DNA from: a virus | Taxonomy: Duplodnaviria > Caudoviricetes | Length of the DNA stretch: 64,000 nucleotides | Strand: one strand, 5' to 3' | Virus record (IMG/VR): IMGVR_UViG_3300035676_000001 | Shown: piece after piece, positions 17,730 through 28,340 of the stretch | Layout: every line of letters begins with the position of its first letter | Numbering within the stretch: the stretch's first letter is position 1 | Made by a program: the position numbers and the translations under genes | Notes under the pieces: generated by a model | What the model saw: only the letters and a program-made list of their open reading frames with translations | What the model was told of the DNA's origin: nothing | Databases searched by the model: none

Positions 17730-18923
17730 TCACTTTTTAGAAACTCTTTGGAGAGTCTGAAGATAAGCACTCATTGTGCCGTTAACTGATTGACTTTGAG
17801 TATAATCAGTTGATTCAGACAGATTTTCACTAGCGTTTCTTTGAGTACCGGTATTTGTTGGGAAATATGATTCCTTTAAAGTTACCAGTTTCTCACGATA
17901 GCTCTCTTCACTATCAAACTCAACATTTTCTGCAAGAGAAGCGAGTTTGTCCTTCTGAGAAAGTGCAAGACCCTCAGTGACTTCTGCAAAGACTACATCA
18001 GCAACTGACTCTGCTAATCTTCTATTAAGAGCAACATTTCTTTGAATTTGCTCGTTGAGTTTTTCTTCCATTTCATCAAGTTTATCTACCATGCTCTCGA
18101 TGACATCATATCTATCTTCAGGGATTGTTACATAATGATCTTCAAAAAGACCCTTCATTCCTTGAAGGAATGATTCGGTCATTTCGGTCTTAAGACCGTG
18201 CTCAACTGCGAGTGCATTTTCAGAAATCCACTCGTCAGCAACATACTCAAGGTAAGCATCAACACGGTCGGTAAGACCTTCTTTGATTGCTTCGATTTCT
18301 TCTACGAGTGTTGCCTCGTAAGAAGCCTGGAGTTGCTCTTTGATTTCAGCAACCTTAGTTTTGATTGCTGCCTCAAAGATGGTGCGAGCCTTCTCTTGGA
18401 ATTCCTCGGAGAGCTCCTCACCTGCAAGGAGAGCATTGACATCTTCTTCGATGTCAAACTCTTCCTTCATATCTTCTTCTTCATCTTCACCCTTCTCGTG
18501 ACCCTTGCCTTCCTTCTTCTCACCCTTTTCTTTTTTGCCTTCCTTATGAGGAGCCTCACCAGGCTCTTCACCATCTTCCTTCTCTTCTGCTTCAGCAATC
18601 AGATCCTCTTCATCCTCCTCGGTCTCCTCTTTCATACCTTGACCAGGTGCCGAAACTGGAGTTGCTGAAGTGTGAGCAGCTTCTGCTGCTGAGGCTTTAG
18701 CATTAACTACGTTCTTGACCTGAGCAAGAGTTTTGCCAGGAGTGTTGAGTTTTGCTGAATCATCGTCTGTGCGATAATTTTCTGGAGTAGGACCACCTAA
18801 ATCCTCCCAACCACCAGTTTGTCCAGGAGCAATTCCGGTGGACAACTTGTGCATTGGTTCGGCAGCTGCAGCCCCTTTGGTTACTACGTTTTCCATTTCT
18901 TGTAAATTTCTACCAACGGACAT
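17730..18923 (-). CDS. gp22: Prohead core scaffold gp22
   Basis: Acidic protein with EDLGGPTPENY and EEFQEKARTIFEAA, between gp21 and gp23. Confidence 0.93.
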   Translation of the reverse strand: MSVGRNLQEMENVVTKGAAAAEPMHKLSTGIAPGQTGGWEDLGGPTPENYRTDDDSAKLNTPGKTLAQVKNVVNAKASAAEAAHTSATPVSAPGQGMKEETEEDEEDLIAEAEEKEDGEEPGEAPHKEGKKEKGEKKEGKGHEKGEDEEEDMKEEFDIEEDVNALLAGEELSEEFQEKARTIFEAAIKTKVAEIKEQLQASYEATLVEEIEAIKEGLTDRVDAYLEYVADEWISENALAVEHGLKTEMTESFLQGMKGLFEDHYVTIPEDRYDVIESMVDKLDEMEEKLNEQIQRNVALNRRLAESVADVVFAEVTEGLALSQKDKLASLAENVEFDSEESYREKLVTLKESYFPTNTGTQRNASENLSESTDYTQSQSVNGTMSAYLQTLQRVSKK

Positions 18924-18952
18924 TTTAGATTGATTGTGTTATAATCTATATT

Positions 18953-18960
18953 TATTTATA
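18953..18960 (-). promoter_or_regulatory. Late promoter TATAAATA upstream of gp22
   Basis: Exact T4 late consensus in the intergenic gap. Confidence 0.75.
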
Positions 18961-18962
18961 AT

Positions 18963-19613
18963 TTATAGATTTGAAAGAAATTCTTGGAACAATTGTACTT
19001 TGTTCTCTTGAAGTGTTCTTTCATCAATGAGAGTGTTAATTCTCTTTTGAGTTTGTTCGGCAAGTTTTTCACGAAGAATACCACCTTCCCAAACCCACTC
19101 TTTACCTTCCATAATTCCCTGAACAAAAGCGTCAGGAGCAGAAGGGTCGGCAACGATATCAGCAGCGGTTGCTAGCATAAAGTCTTCGCCAACAATTTTA
19201 TGACCTTCGTTGGTCATTTTTAATGAACCAACACCACGAGAAGAAACGCCAAGGCAAACACCTTCACCAATGAGAGATTTTGCAATCTTACCCATTGGAG
19301 TTTCTAGCAGTTGTGCCTTACCAATAAAATTGGTTCCCTTTTGCTCAAGAGAAACAATCTTATGAGAAACGCGGTCAAGATTGACGGTAGGACCATCAGG
19401 ATGACCAAGTTCTCCAAGAGCACGACCCTTAGAAACAAAGGCTTCATTATATCTGCTTACCTCTTTTGCAAGAGTTTGCATTGGATACATTCTTCCATTA
19501 CGGTTGCAAATGTCTCCTTGAAGGAAAATACCTTCAATAAACATTTTCTTATCAGCACCTTTACCTTCGGTAATAAATTCTACCTTTTGAATTTCTTCTG
19601 TGATGAGTTTCAT
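18963..19613 (-). CDS. gp21: Prohead protease gp21
   Basis: NRNGRMYP, ALGELGHP, GVSSRGVGSL and DIVADPSAPDA. Confidence 0.97.
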   Translation of the reverse strand: MKLITEEIQKVEFITEGKGADKKMFIEGIFLQGDICNRNGRMYPMQTLAKEVSRYNEAFVSKGRALGELGHPDGPTVNLDRVSHKIVSLEQKGTNFIGKAQLLETPMGKIAKSLIGEGVCLGVSSRGVGSLKMTNEGHKIVGEDFMLATAADIVADPSAPDAFVQGIMEGKEWVWEGGILREKLAEQTQKRINTLIDERTLQENKVQLFQEFLSNL

Positions 19614-19614
19614 T

Positions 19615-20157
19615 TTATTCTGCTACTAGGGTGACAACTTCTGCAATATTGAAGAAAGTATCTGGTTCAAAGGTAAGGCAAGATACTTTTACACTCTTAG
19701 CCAATGTTGCTCCAGTAACTGCAACACCTGTAAGTGCCGAACTATTGAAGTTGATTGTTACTGAAGAATCAGTCATCGACACAATTGAATTATGTATGGT
19801 ATTGATTCCTGCTGTAGGAGCATTTTCAATCGTTACATAATCTGTAGGAAGGAATGGATTACCTGCATTGTTATCAAATGTGAGTGTAGTTGTTGTGCCG
19901 GTAGTTACTCCAACAATTCTTTGTCTTCTCAGAGTTTCCTTGAGAATGTCTATACTGTAAGAAGTGATATGAAAATTATCTTGAGTTGCTACTGGATTTG
20001 TTCCAATAGCGATATATCCACCAGAACTGCCGGTGGTCGAACCAATAGTAATTCTCAAATATCCAGTCTTAAGTGCAATAGGAACACTAGTCGCAGCAAC
20101 ACCAACAGATGGTGCTAGCCTTGGAATTTGTGTATCCTGAATAATTTTTGTTGCCAT
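19615..20157 (-). CDS. Hypothetical virion protein
   Basis: Thr/Gly/Val-rich beta-type 180-aa ORF tightly packed in the head operon. Confidence 0.6.
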   Translation of the reverse strand: MATKIIQDTQIPRLAPSVGVAATSVPIALKTGYLRITIGSTTGSSGGYIAIGTNPVATQDNFHITSYSIDILKETLRRQRIVGVTTGTTTTLTFDNNAGNPFLPTDYVTIENAPTAGINTIHNSIVSMTDSSVTINFNSSALTGVAVTGATLAKSVKVSCLTFEPDTFFNIAEVVTLVAE

Positions 20158-20348
20158 TATTCTTCGTCCTCGGTGGATTCTTCATCATCAACTTCATTTT
20201 CAATTTCATTATTAAACATTGCTGAAGCGACATAAGGACGAGCATCATCTACTCTTTGTGCCGCTTTTGTATAGAGAAGTTCTTTAATCCTGCTAGAAAC
20301 ATCTGCAGGGGAACTATCAGTCGCAATCAAATCGATAAGTTCTTCCAT
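20157..20348 (-). CDS. Small acidic prohead-core-like protein (gp67 position)
   Basis: 63 aa with an acidic tail. Follows the portal gene, with TATAAATA at 20373-20380 upstream. Confidence 0.55.
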   Translation of the reverse strand: MEELIDLIATDSSPADVSSRIKELLYTKAAQRVDDARPYVASAMFNNEIENEVDDEESTEDEE

Positions 20349-20375
20349 AAAATTGTTTTATTATTATAAGATTAT

Positions 20376-22061
20376 TTATATCTTCCCACCTTTGGGCTCT
20401 GCAGGAACTTCAGGTGCTGCTGGTTCCATTGGAACTTCTCCCATCGCGGGTTGTTCCGCTCCCATAGGTGCCGCTCCTCCTTCTGGAATTGGGTTACCCA
20501 TTTCGTCTACTGGAGCATTGGGGTCTGGAAGAATACCTTTTTGAATTTCATCTTCAATCTGCTCATCAATTTCAATAATTTCAGAATCAGTTTGACGAAG
20601 AACTTTTTTGCGAACATATTCGGTAGAGTAATACTTACCAATATAAGGTTCCATTTGAGTCATTAGAGTCAAACGATTGGTAATCAGTTCTGCCTCTTTG
20701 AGTTCTGCAAAATGATTATCGTATAAGAAATCATATTGAATATGATCGCTCATTTTATCCCAATCTTCTGGAGATACGATATTCTTGAGAAGAAGTTGAG
20801 TGCGAAGTAAGTCATTGAACATATTTGCAAAACGCTTTCTTAAGCGTCCTACAAATTTGGAGAACTTGAGTTCATCTCTTAAAATTTCTGATGAACGACC
20901 AAGATTGAATCCATCTCCTCCACCAGCAATTCTGGTTTCAGGAACTGCAAGTGCTCTATAAAGTTTTTTCTGGAAATATTCGATGTCGGAAAGTTCGCCA
21001 AGATTCTGACCGCCAGGAAGAGTTGTTATTTCTGTACCGCGACCACCTTCACGGCGAGGTAACCAGAAATCCTCAAGCATACTCATAAACTTGCGGTCAT
21101 CACGAACCTCACCTGTGTTTGCATCATACACAAGCTTGTTACGATAACGACTCATAACATCCTTAAGATATTGCTCTGCCTTTACCTTAGGAAGATTACC
21201 TACATCAATATAGAAGATTCTTCTTTCTGGGGCTCTCGATAATCTATAAATTACTAGAGAATCCTCAATCATACGAAGTTGATTGAGTGCCTTGATTGCC
21301 TTATGGAGATATGATAGAACTGTTCCTTTATTTCTATCAATCAATCCCGATGTACAATATGTGATAGAATCCTTAGCAATCTTTACCCCACCCTTTGCTG
21401 AACCAGAAATTGTTCCTGATGGATAATTTGGAGTTGGACTATAAATGAAATACTCTTCAATTTCTGGGAAATTAGTTTGCTCATTACTAAAGTTCCCACT
21501 CATAATGGTTCTATTCGTCAGAAGAGAATTTCGGTCATTTGGATCCGCCTTCTTTTCTTGGCGAACATGCTTCATCTTCATTGGATCAATATACCTGAGT
21601 TCCTTAATTCCTTCCTCAGGTTTTTTTACATCAATAACTTTTAGATAAAAAACACGACCATCTACATACCAATTCCTAAAGATTTCATGGCACTTCTTAT
21701 CGAAGTCCATAATTTCTTTGATATATCTGAACTCATCTCTAATAATTTTCTTTAACTTATCACTAGCATTTAAATTTGATAATTCAATTTCTACTGGAGA
21801 ATCATAGAGGTCACTTACAATCGCTTCATTAACAATATCTTCAATCGCAGAATCACATTCTGGATGCAAAGACATCTCACGATATCTACGAATTAAATCG
21901 TACTCAGTTCTGTAGACACCTTCGATATCTACATACTGTCCATAAAAACCCGATTGAATATAATAATCAACCCCGTCCTCATTGTTAGGAGGTACGGGGG
22001 AAACTATAGATTTGGATTTTTTTTCGTTATCCTCAATCGAAAAACCAAAAAGTTTCGCCAT
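20376..22061 (-). CDS. gp20: Portal protein gp20
   Basis: YLHKAIKALNQLRMIEDSLVIYRLSRAPERRIFYIDVGNLP and EDFWLPRREGGRGTEITTLPGGQNLG. Confidence 0.99.
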   Translation of the reverse strand: MAKLFGFSIEDNEKKSKSIVSPVPPNNEDGVDYYIQSGFYGQYVDIEGVYRTEYDLIRRYREMSLHPECDSAIEDIVNEAIVSDLYDSPVEIELSNLNASDKLKKIIRDEFRYIKEIMDFDKKCHEIFRNWYVDGRVFYLKVIDVKKPEEGIKELRYIDPMKMKHVRQEKKADPNDRNSLLTNRTIMSGNFSNEQTNFPEIEEYFIYSPTPNYPSGTISGSAKGGVKIAKDSITYCTSGLIDRNKGTVLSYLHKAIKALNQLRMIEDSLVIYRLSRAPERRIFYIDVGNLPKVKAEQYLKDVMSRYRNKLVYDANTGEVRDDRKFMSMLEDFWLPRREGGRGTEITTLPGGQNLGELSDIEYFQKKLYRALAVPETRIAGGGDGFNLGRSSEILRDELKFSKFVGRLRKRFANMFNDLLRTQLLLKNIVSPEDWDKMSDHIQYDFLYDNHFAELKEAELITNRLTLMTQMEPYIGKYYSTEYVRKKVLRQTDSEIIEIDEQIEDEIQKGILPDPNAPVDEMGNPIPEGGAAPMGAEQPAMGEVPMEPAAPEVPAEPKGGKI

Positions 22062-22090
22062 TTTATAAATTTAAACTGTTATTTTACTAT

Positions 22091-22681
22091 TTAGTTAATA
22101 TCTTCACCACCAGCTTTTTCTGATGTGCCCTTCATGGCTTCCCACCAGAGGACTTGCATTTCTACAGTAAACTCTTGAATTGAGTCAGTTCCATAGTCAA
22201 GGGCAATGTTGCTGATGCTTGTTGGGAAGATATCATAGAAATGATATGCTCTTAGGGTAGATCCATCACGGTCTAACTGGTAGACGAATGCATCTGCTGT
22301 ATATGCTGCTGGATCAGTTTCACCAGTGTTATCAGAAACTCTGTTGATTTTGTTCATCCAGTTCTCAAATGCGGAACGGATTGCAAAATCAGTATCGTTC
22401 AGAACACCGATTGTCCAGGATTCGAAAGTACGGTCTCCTGCCAACTTCAGAGTTCTTCCTCTAAAAGAAACTTCGAGAGGAGTTACATTTGATGCTGGGA
22501 GTGCAGCAGACTTGACGAGCAATCTTGATTTATCAAGAGTATTGACATCTGTAGGAGCTACATCTGGAAAAGAAAGAACAACTTCAAATAGGTTGCTTCT
22601 GGTGCCACCACCCGACAGTTTGCTCTTGAAGTCGGTAATCTTCCTTAAAGGAGGTGGATTTAGTTGTTGTCTGGTTGCCAT
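22091..22681 (-). CDS. gp19: Tail tube protein gp19
   Basis: GGGTRSNLFEV, FRGRTLKLAGDRTFESW and IQEFTVE. Confidence 0.95.
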   Translation of the reverse strand: MATRQQLNPPPLRKITDFKSKLSGGGTRSNLFEVVLSFPDVAPTDVNTLDKSRLLVKSAALPASNVTPLEVSFRGRTLKLAGDRTFESWTIGVLNDTDFAIRSAFENWMNKINRVSDNTGETDPAAYTADAFVYQLDRDGSTLRAYHFYDIFPTSISNIALDYGTDSIQEFTVEMQVLWWEAMKGTSEKAGGEDIN

Positions 22682-22700
22682 AATTGTTTAAACCTCTAAA

Positions 22701-24851
22701 TTAAAAGTTTCCGATTACTTCTTCAAAATCAACACCAGTCTTGGTGGCAACGAAGGTAAGACCAATGAAGTTGATTGATCTTGCGGGTTTGATGTAAATG
22801 TCAGCAACGAATTCATTATTATCTATCACAGCAGCGGTGTTATTTGTTTCGTCACAAACAACAACATAATCAAAAATACCTCTCTTTGCTTGAACATCAC
22901 GCAAGAATGGTTCAATTGTATTTACGAAGTTGGTTCTTGTAAGTTCGTCGTTGAATTCGAAGAGTTGATCTTTTGCTGCCTGAGAAATTGCTCCCTCAAG
23001 ATAAACAAACAGACGACGAACATTGATTCTATCAAATGCCGATGCCTTAGCATATCCAGTCTTATCACCGAACAGAATGATTCCTGCACCAGGCGAGAAG
23101 ATGACTGGGTTAATTCTGCTCGAATAGAGGCGGTCTCTTTGGGTCTTAGTTGGATTGTAAGCCAGTTTTACGGCATTCAGAATAGCGCCTCTTGAGGTTC
23201 CAGCAGGTGAGTACCAGGGGAAGTTATTGATGTCGTTGCGGGCACAGAGACCAGCAATATCACCGTTTAGGGGAACATATCTGAATGTATTTGCAAATCT
23301 ATCGTACATATACTTATAACCACTATCAAAGACTGCATAAGACGAAGATGTGATAGGAGCATAGAAACTGATTACATTATCAGTAATATCTGCTGCCGAA
23401 TTGACTGTTACTGCAGTTTGTGATGAAGTATCAGTAAGAGCAGCACCTCTGTATGGTGAGATGAATGCAAGTGCATCTTTTCTCAGTTCAGCAACAGAAA
23501 TTAGTTTATTTGCAAGTGCTTGTGCAGTTTCCTTTGCATATCCAGCAGAACCCATTAATAGGAAATCTACCTGGAAGTTCTCTGTGCTTTCGAACAGATC
23601 GTAACCTGCTGAAAGTTTTGCGAGAGATGAAGTAAGTGCTCCAGATGTTGTAATATCTGTTCCACCATCATAGTTCTTGCCACCACCTAATGCGTTGCTT
23701 GAAGAACCTGTAGCGGCAAAATTAACTCCATCTGCTGGTTGATCCCAACCTACATCAGTCGATGGAGTAAATCCAGAACTAAATCCTGTAGTTACAATAC
23801 CTGCAGGTGCTCCACCAGCAAAGATATACTGTGAGTTAGTTGCAATATACTTTCTCCAGTATGAAGGGCTTCCTACTGAGAATTCTGCATCAGTCGCTTT
23901 GGAAAGACTTAAATGCTTTTCAAGAATAGTTCCAGCATTTCCGGTTACATTTCCAAGGGAGTCGATAACTACAACATGAACCTCGTCAAATCTTGCGTTT
24001 CTTGCAGCAGCGAATGCTGAAGTTCCAGGTCTTGGGGCAATATTATTCCAAGAAATTGTTGATGATGTTGTTAATCCAACTGTTTGTTGATCGAACCAAT
24101 CCAAATTGGAAGATACTGCAATGGTTGCAACTCCAACTGAAGCAGAAGTTCTAATAGTCAGATTACCTGTGGTTCCGAATGCATAAACTCCACCTTGCTG
24201 ATAATCAACTGCTGTTTCAGTTCCAGCGGCAGAAACTTGACTTAAAACTTTTACTCCAAGAGTTCCAGCACCAATTTCGGTAATAATTCCCTTGAGGTAA
24301 CCATCTAAAACTGAAGTTGAACCTGCACCAGGAAGAACTGAACTAATTGCTTGAGTTACACCATAACCAACTACAGCACCTGTAGTTGTAACGCCAAGAA
24401 TTTGATCTGCTTTACCGTCGATAATTGCTACTCTGATTCCATTTGACCAAGAACCAGGATTCTTAGCAGCGACTACTACACCAGCAATGGTATTCTCGTC
24501 ATAACCAAGTTGCTCATAATGCTCCAAGCTTTTAATTTTTACGCTGGAGGCAGTTCCTACAAATCCGTTTCTTAAATCATCATCGTCTGCTCTTACAACT
24601 CTTGCAGAACCACCATAAGCAAGATAAGATGAGGTAACTAACCAATTCTCGTAATGCTTATCGGTTGCGTATGGTCCACCAAAAGTTGTTAGCAAGTCAT
24701 TCTCATTCTCTACTAAAGTTGGAGAATCTACAGGTCCTTGTGCAAAAGGTGCAACAATAGCACCAACTTTGTTTGACGAAGGAGTAGCTCTTCCAATTGT
24801 TAAATCAACTTCCCTTACTACAATTCCAGGAGATGCTAAATTTAGCGGCAT
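22701..24851 (-). CDS. gp18: Tail sheath protein gp18
   Basis: LASPGIVVREVD, PWYSPAG, SAFDRINVRRLF and IYIKPARSINFI. TATAAATA at 24887-24894 upstream. Confidence 0.97.
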   Translation of the reverse strand: MPLNLASPGIVVREVDLTIGRATPSSNKVGAIVAPFAQGPVDSPTLVENENDLLTTFGGPYATDKHYENWLVTSSYLAYGGSARVVRADDDDLRNGFVGTASSVKIKSLEHYEQLGYDENTIAGVVVAAKNPGSWSNGIRVAIIDGKADQILGVTTTGAVVGYGVTQAISSVLPGAGSTSVLDGYLKGIITEIGAGTLGVKVLSQVSAAGTETAVDYQQGGVYAFGTTGNLTIRTSASVGVATIAVSSNLDWFDQQTVGLTTSSTISWNNIAPRPGTSAFAAARNARFDEVHVVVIDSLGNVTGNAGTILEKHLSLSKATDAEFSVGSPSYWRKYIATNSQYIFAGGAPAGIVTTGFSSGFTPSTDVGWDQPADGVNFAATGSSSNALGGGKNYDGGTDITTSGALTSSLAKLSAGYDLFESTENFQVDFLLMGSAGYAKETAQALANKLISVAELRKDALAFISPYRGAALTDTSSQTAVTVNSAADITDNVISFYAPITSSSYAVFDSGYKYMYDRFANTFRYVPLNGDIAGLCARNDINNFPWYSPAGTSRGAILNAVKLAYNPTKTQRDRLYSSRINPVIFSPGAGIILFGDKTGYAKASAFDRINVRRLFVYLEGAISQAAKDQLFEFNDELTRTNFVNTIEPFLRDVQAKRGIFDYVVVCDETNNTAAVIDNNEFVADIYIKPARSINFIGLTFVATKTGVDFEEVIGNF

Positions 24852-24915
24852 CTTTATTCTCCGTGCTATCCAGAATTATCTAAAAGTATTTATAAATTCC
24901 CACGACTTCACAGAA

Positions 24916-26613
24916 CTATCCGTATTCCCACATATGAGAGCGGTCCCCATATTCGTCAACATTCCATATTTCGGTGCTTTCTAATTGACTCTGAGCATTT
25001 GCGAATACCCATCTATCACCTGTTTCTATATCTACAGTTACTTCCATATCATCTAAACCATCAACAATGAAACCAAATGGAGACATATCTTGCTCAATTT
25101 GATTCTTCTGTTCCTCATAAATTCTCTTACGAACATCGTTGTCCGTCATTTCTTTGAAATAATCCTGAGCAACTAACCAAGAGAAAATTACAAGGCACAT
25201 TGCTAAGTCATCATTACAACCTTCTTCTGCTTCAAATGAATTACCTCTCTGAGCAAATGTTGTAAGTTCGCTAATAATCTCATAATCACTTGTAAGTAGT
25301 TTATCGTCTTCTAATAAAGTTTTGAGGTTGGAACATCCTAATTTTTTAACTGCGGCAGTCATTCTCACACCAAGTTGAGATTTTTTACCACTAAATCCAG
25401 AACCTACAATCTGACCTGCACGACCTCTCATCGCACACATCAAAACATTATCATACTCCAAATCAAAGTGTAAAATACTTGCTACCTGGTCACCAATATC
25501 ATTGACTTCAATCAGTAACCAAGCATCGTTATAACCTTTTGCTACTTCGTGAATGATACTTGGGAATAGCATCGGTTTAATTTCATTATTTCGATATTTT
25601 GCCACAACCTTATAGGGGAAGTTTGTAATATCAAAAACTACAAATGCAGAATAGTCATTACCCAAACCACGGGCAACATCGACCGTGATTAGATAATTAT
25701 TCTCTTCTTTCGGATGCTCATAGACATCCAATCCAGCATTTCTTTTAATTGGATCATCATAAACAAGATTGCGAAGTTTTGATGCATTAATAAGAGTATT
25801 GACTGACCCTAGAAACTCGCATTCAAACTCAACCTTAAACTGCTGTTCGCTGGTGTTTGCAATCGTCTGCTCCTTCCAGGCTTCGTCTCTACCAGGCACC
25901 TCAGACCAATGGACATCTGTGGGTACATATTCGTTCTTGCCCTTCTCAGCGTCATGCCACATACGGTAGAAGTGGTTCATACCGCGAGGGGTAGAAACAA
26001 TAATTACCTTTGTGCTTTGACCAGAAGAAATGGTAGGATAAACTGAAGCAAAGAAGTCATCGGCAATGTGATTCGGGATGAACGCGAATTCGTCCAAAAA
26101 GATGACATTATAAGATCCACCTCGGACAGCAGATGAGGAAGTAGAGTTTGATGAAATCTTCGATCCATTTTCTAATTCTAGAGAACCTTTGTTCCAAGAT
26201 ATAATACCCTGTTGCATCCACTTGGGCAAATTCTCATAGGCAAGTTGCAATCTTCCGAGAAGGTCTCTGGCAGTAGATGCTTTGTTCGCTAGAATAGCTA
26301 TATTCACATTGTCGTTGAATACTGCATAATGTAATAGATATGAAACGCAAGTCGTAGATTTACCTGTCTGTCGAGGCATCTTACAAATATTAAATCTATT
26401 CTTATGGAAATTTGTTACAAGTTTCTCTTGAAATGGATACATCTCAAAAGGAACAAGACCGTGGTCCAGAGAAACAATTTTAATATAATTCTTTGCGAAA
26501 TATACGGGGTCTTCCTTACACTTTAAGAACTCGATGATTTGTTCTTCAGTAAATTCAATCGGCGTATTCGCTTTTTTGAGCAGAGGATTGCCCAAATAGA
26601 CATCATTAGACAT
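24916..26613 (-). CDS. gp17: Terminase large subunit gp17
   Basis: YLGNPLLKK, PRQTGKST, FLDEFAF and DDLAMCLV. Confidence 0.98.
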   Translation of the reverse strand: MSNDVYLGNPLLKKANTPIEFTEEQIIEFLKCKEDPVYFAKNYIKIVSLDHGLVPFEMYPFQEKLVTNFHKNRFNICKMPRQTGKSTTCVSYLLHYAVFNDNVNIAILANKASTARDLLGRLQLAYENLPKWMQQGIISWNKGSLELENGSKISSNSTSSSAVRGGSYNVIFLDEFAFIPNHIADDFFASVYPTISSGQSTKVIIVSTPRGMNHFYRMWHDAEKGKNEYVPTDVHWSEVPGRDEAWKEQTIANTSEQQFKVEFECEFLGSVNTLINASKLRNLVYDDPIKRNAGLDVYEHPKEENNYLITVDVARGLGNDYSAFVVFDITNFPYKVVAKYRNNEIKPMLFPSIIHEVAKGYNDAWLLIEVNDIGDQVASILHFDLEYDNVLMCAMRGRAGQIVGSGFSGKKSQLGVRMTAAVKKLGCSNLKTLLEDDKLLTSDYEIISELTTFAQRGNSFEAEEGCNDDLAMCLVIFSWLVAQDYFKEMTDNDVRKRIYEEQKNQIEQDMSPFGFIVDGLDDMEVTVDIETGDRWVFANAQSQLESTEIWNVDEYGDRSHMWEYG

Positions 26614-26618
26614 AAAAA

Positions 26619-27947
26619 TTACCTCTGTTCAATCCAAGTCATTGCACCATAAGCAACTGCATTCGTCACACCAGTATCCAAAACTGCAACTGCAAGAGTG
26701 AGAGTATCACTAATTGTTCCAATGCCGCTTCTACCAATTTGGTAAACAGTATCCTTATCTAAACGAATACCTGTACCACCACCACCTTGAATAATATATC
26801 CACTATCCAAATCAATACCCGCTGTTCCGATTCCAGTAGCAGTCCTGTTATATTGGGTAAATGCATTTTCATCAGGCATATCAACCCAAGTTCCACCAGT
26901 CAAATCTGCATTTCGGACAAATTTATATGCCAAACTAATGGCAGTTGAATTTGAAGATGGGCTTGTTTGATACAAACTTGCTGCCTGGAAGAATGTTGGA
27001 AGAACAATACCAGTAAGTGTTGTTGGTTTCAAACGAATTGAAAGAAGTGGATAATAAGTTTGTGATACTGGTAAAATTCTACCAGTCACTGCGGTTCCGA
27101 CATTCTGTGCAATACCCAACTTATCAGTAAATCCTTCACAAATCAAAGAATTGGAACCCTGATACAAATAATGAGGACCAGTAGAAACACCTGTCGTGTT
27201 TGTAAGTTCTAAACGAATTGGGAGAAATGGAGTTTTGCACCAAGGATAAGGAAGTCTGTTTCCTGCGTTAATTGTATGAATGGTCCTTACTTGCCCATCT
27301 ATCTCAAAGTGAAATTTAATCTGCCCTGCACCATACCATTCATATTCCATAACAATCATTTGCTGTGCGGAGGGAGAAGCAGTAATACCGCTTGGTCCAT
27401 TACCGTCTAACTTATCTCCATTCCATTCTGAACGAGAATATCTTTCAGTAATAATACCACTTGGACCATTACTATTAATCAAGACGCAGGCATAGTCACC
27501 ACCATCATCCTCAAAATAAAAACCATCTCGCCCATCAAATAAACCAAATCTTCTGCGGACACCAGATTTTGGTGGTTCTAATCTGATGGCAAAAGAAATT
27601 TCTGCTGGTCTTCCCGAAATGTATCTCATCACATTTCTGGTTTGACGAATGACTTCTGAACCTGCAGAAGAAGTTACAGACATTCCAACACCACTTATAA
27701 CGGAGTCCCAAACCGCAGTTCCGCCAACACTAACTCTTGTATCCCATACATCAGTCTCAATTCCATATTGGAATGTATTGAAAAAAACAATTTCTGGAGT
27801 GGATGTCTTAAGTCTTCCTTTACCTGTTACCTCAATATTTTGTAGATAAGTTGGAAGAGGATTAATATTGGTGACCGTTACAATACCAGTAGAACCAAAT
27901 GTTCCAAATCCTATGGATGCGGGTTGGGGAAGGGGATTGTAAGACAT
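26619..27947 (-). CDS. Hypothetical beta-rich protein, probably virion-associated
   Basis: 442-aa Gly/Thr-rich ORF in the gp16-gp17 island. No catalytic motif recognised. Confidence 0.55.
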   Translation of the reverse strand: MSYNPLPQPASIGFGTFGSTGIVTVTNINPLPTYLQNIEVTGKGRLKTSTPEIVFFNTFQYGIETDVWDTRVSVGGTAVWDSVISGVGMSVTSSAGSEVIRQTRNVMRYISGRPAEISFAIRLEPPKSGVRRRFGLFDGRDGFYFEDDGGDYACVLINSNGPSGIITERYSRSEWNGDKLDGNGPSGITASPSAQQMIVMEYEWYGAGQIKFHFEIDGQVRTIHTINAGNRLPYPWCKTPFLPIRLELTNTTGVSTGPHYLYQGSNSLICEGFTDKLGIAQNVGTAVTGRILPVSQTYYPLLSIRLKPTTLTGIVLPTFFQAASLYQTSPSSNSTAISLAYKFVRNADLTGGTWVDMPDENAFTQYNRTATGIGTAGIDLDSGYIIQGGGGTGIRLDKDTVYQIGRSGIGTISDTLTLAVAVLDTGVTNAVAYGAMTWIEQR

Positions 27948-28336
27948 TATACTAAGAACCAGTTAGAACCGTTGTAAAAATAAGTAAAACTTTGATGATT
28001 GATTTTCATCACAACTGAAGTATCGTTTTCAACACTCGCACCAATACCAGCACGAACCGTTACATTATATGTAGATATCTTATTGCCTTCATCTTTTACA
28101 GTAATTTTTTTACCTGTTAATGGAGACGCTGGAAGGTCTATCAAAACAGGAACATTTGCATTTATTGCGATATAATCATCAGAAGTTGTTGCTTGATAGT
28201 ATGTTGTGACTCCAGAAATTGTTACACAACTTGTAAATCCAACACATGCCCATTGGACACCATTCCATTTATAATAACGACCTGCGGTATTATAAATTTG
28301 ATTTAGTAGTGGAGAGTTTGGAAAATTAATCGCCAT
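27947..28336 (-). CDS. Hypothetical fibre/tail-associated protein
   Basis: INFPNSP...YKWNGVQW N-terminal module and a LPASP...VKDEG module of the kind seen in fibre proteins. Confidence 0.5.
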   Translation of the reverse strand: MAINFPNSPLLNQIYNTAGRYYKWNGVQWACVGFTSCVTISGVTTYYQATTSDDYIAINANVPVLIDLPASPLTGKKITVKDEGNKISTYNVTVRAGIGASVENDTSVVMKINHQSFTYFYNGSNWFLV

Positions 28337-28340
28337 AGTT

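Noticed and set aside
17730-18923. Glu/Lys low-complexity tract in gp22 as a repeat element
   Set aside because: Ordinary disordered acidic linker of T4-type scaffold proteins, with no exact DNA periodicity.
8933-26613. Introns, inteins or homing endonucleases in gp46, gp47, uvsW, gp17, gp20 and gp23
   Set aside because: All are single uninterrupted ORFs of ordinary length, with no intein termini, LAGLIDADG, HNH or GIY-YIG motifs seen.
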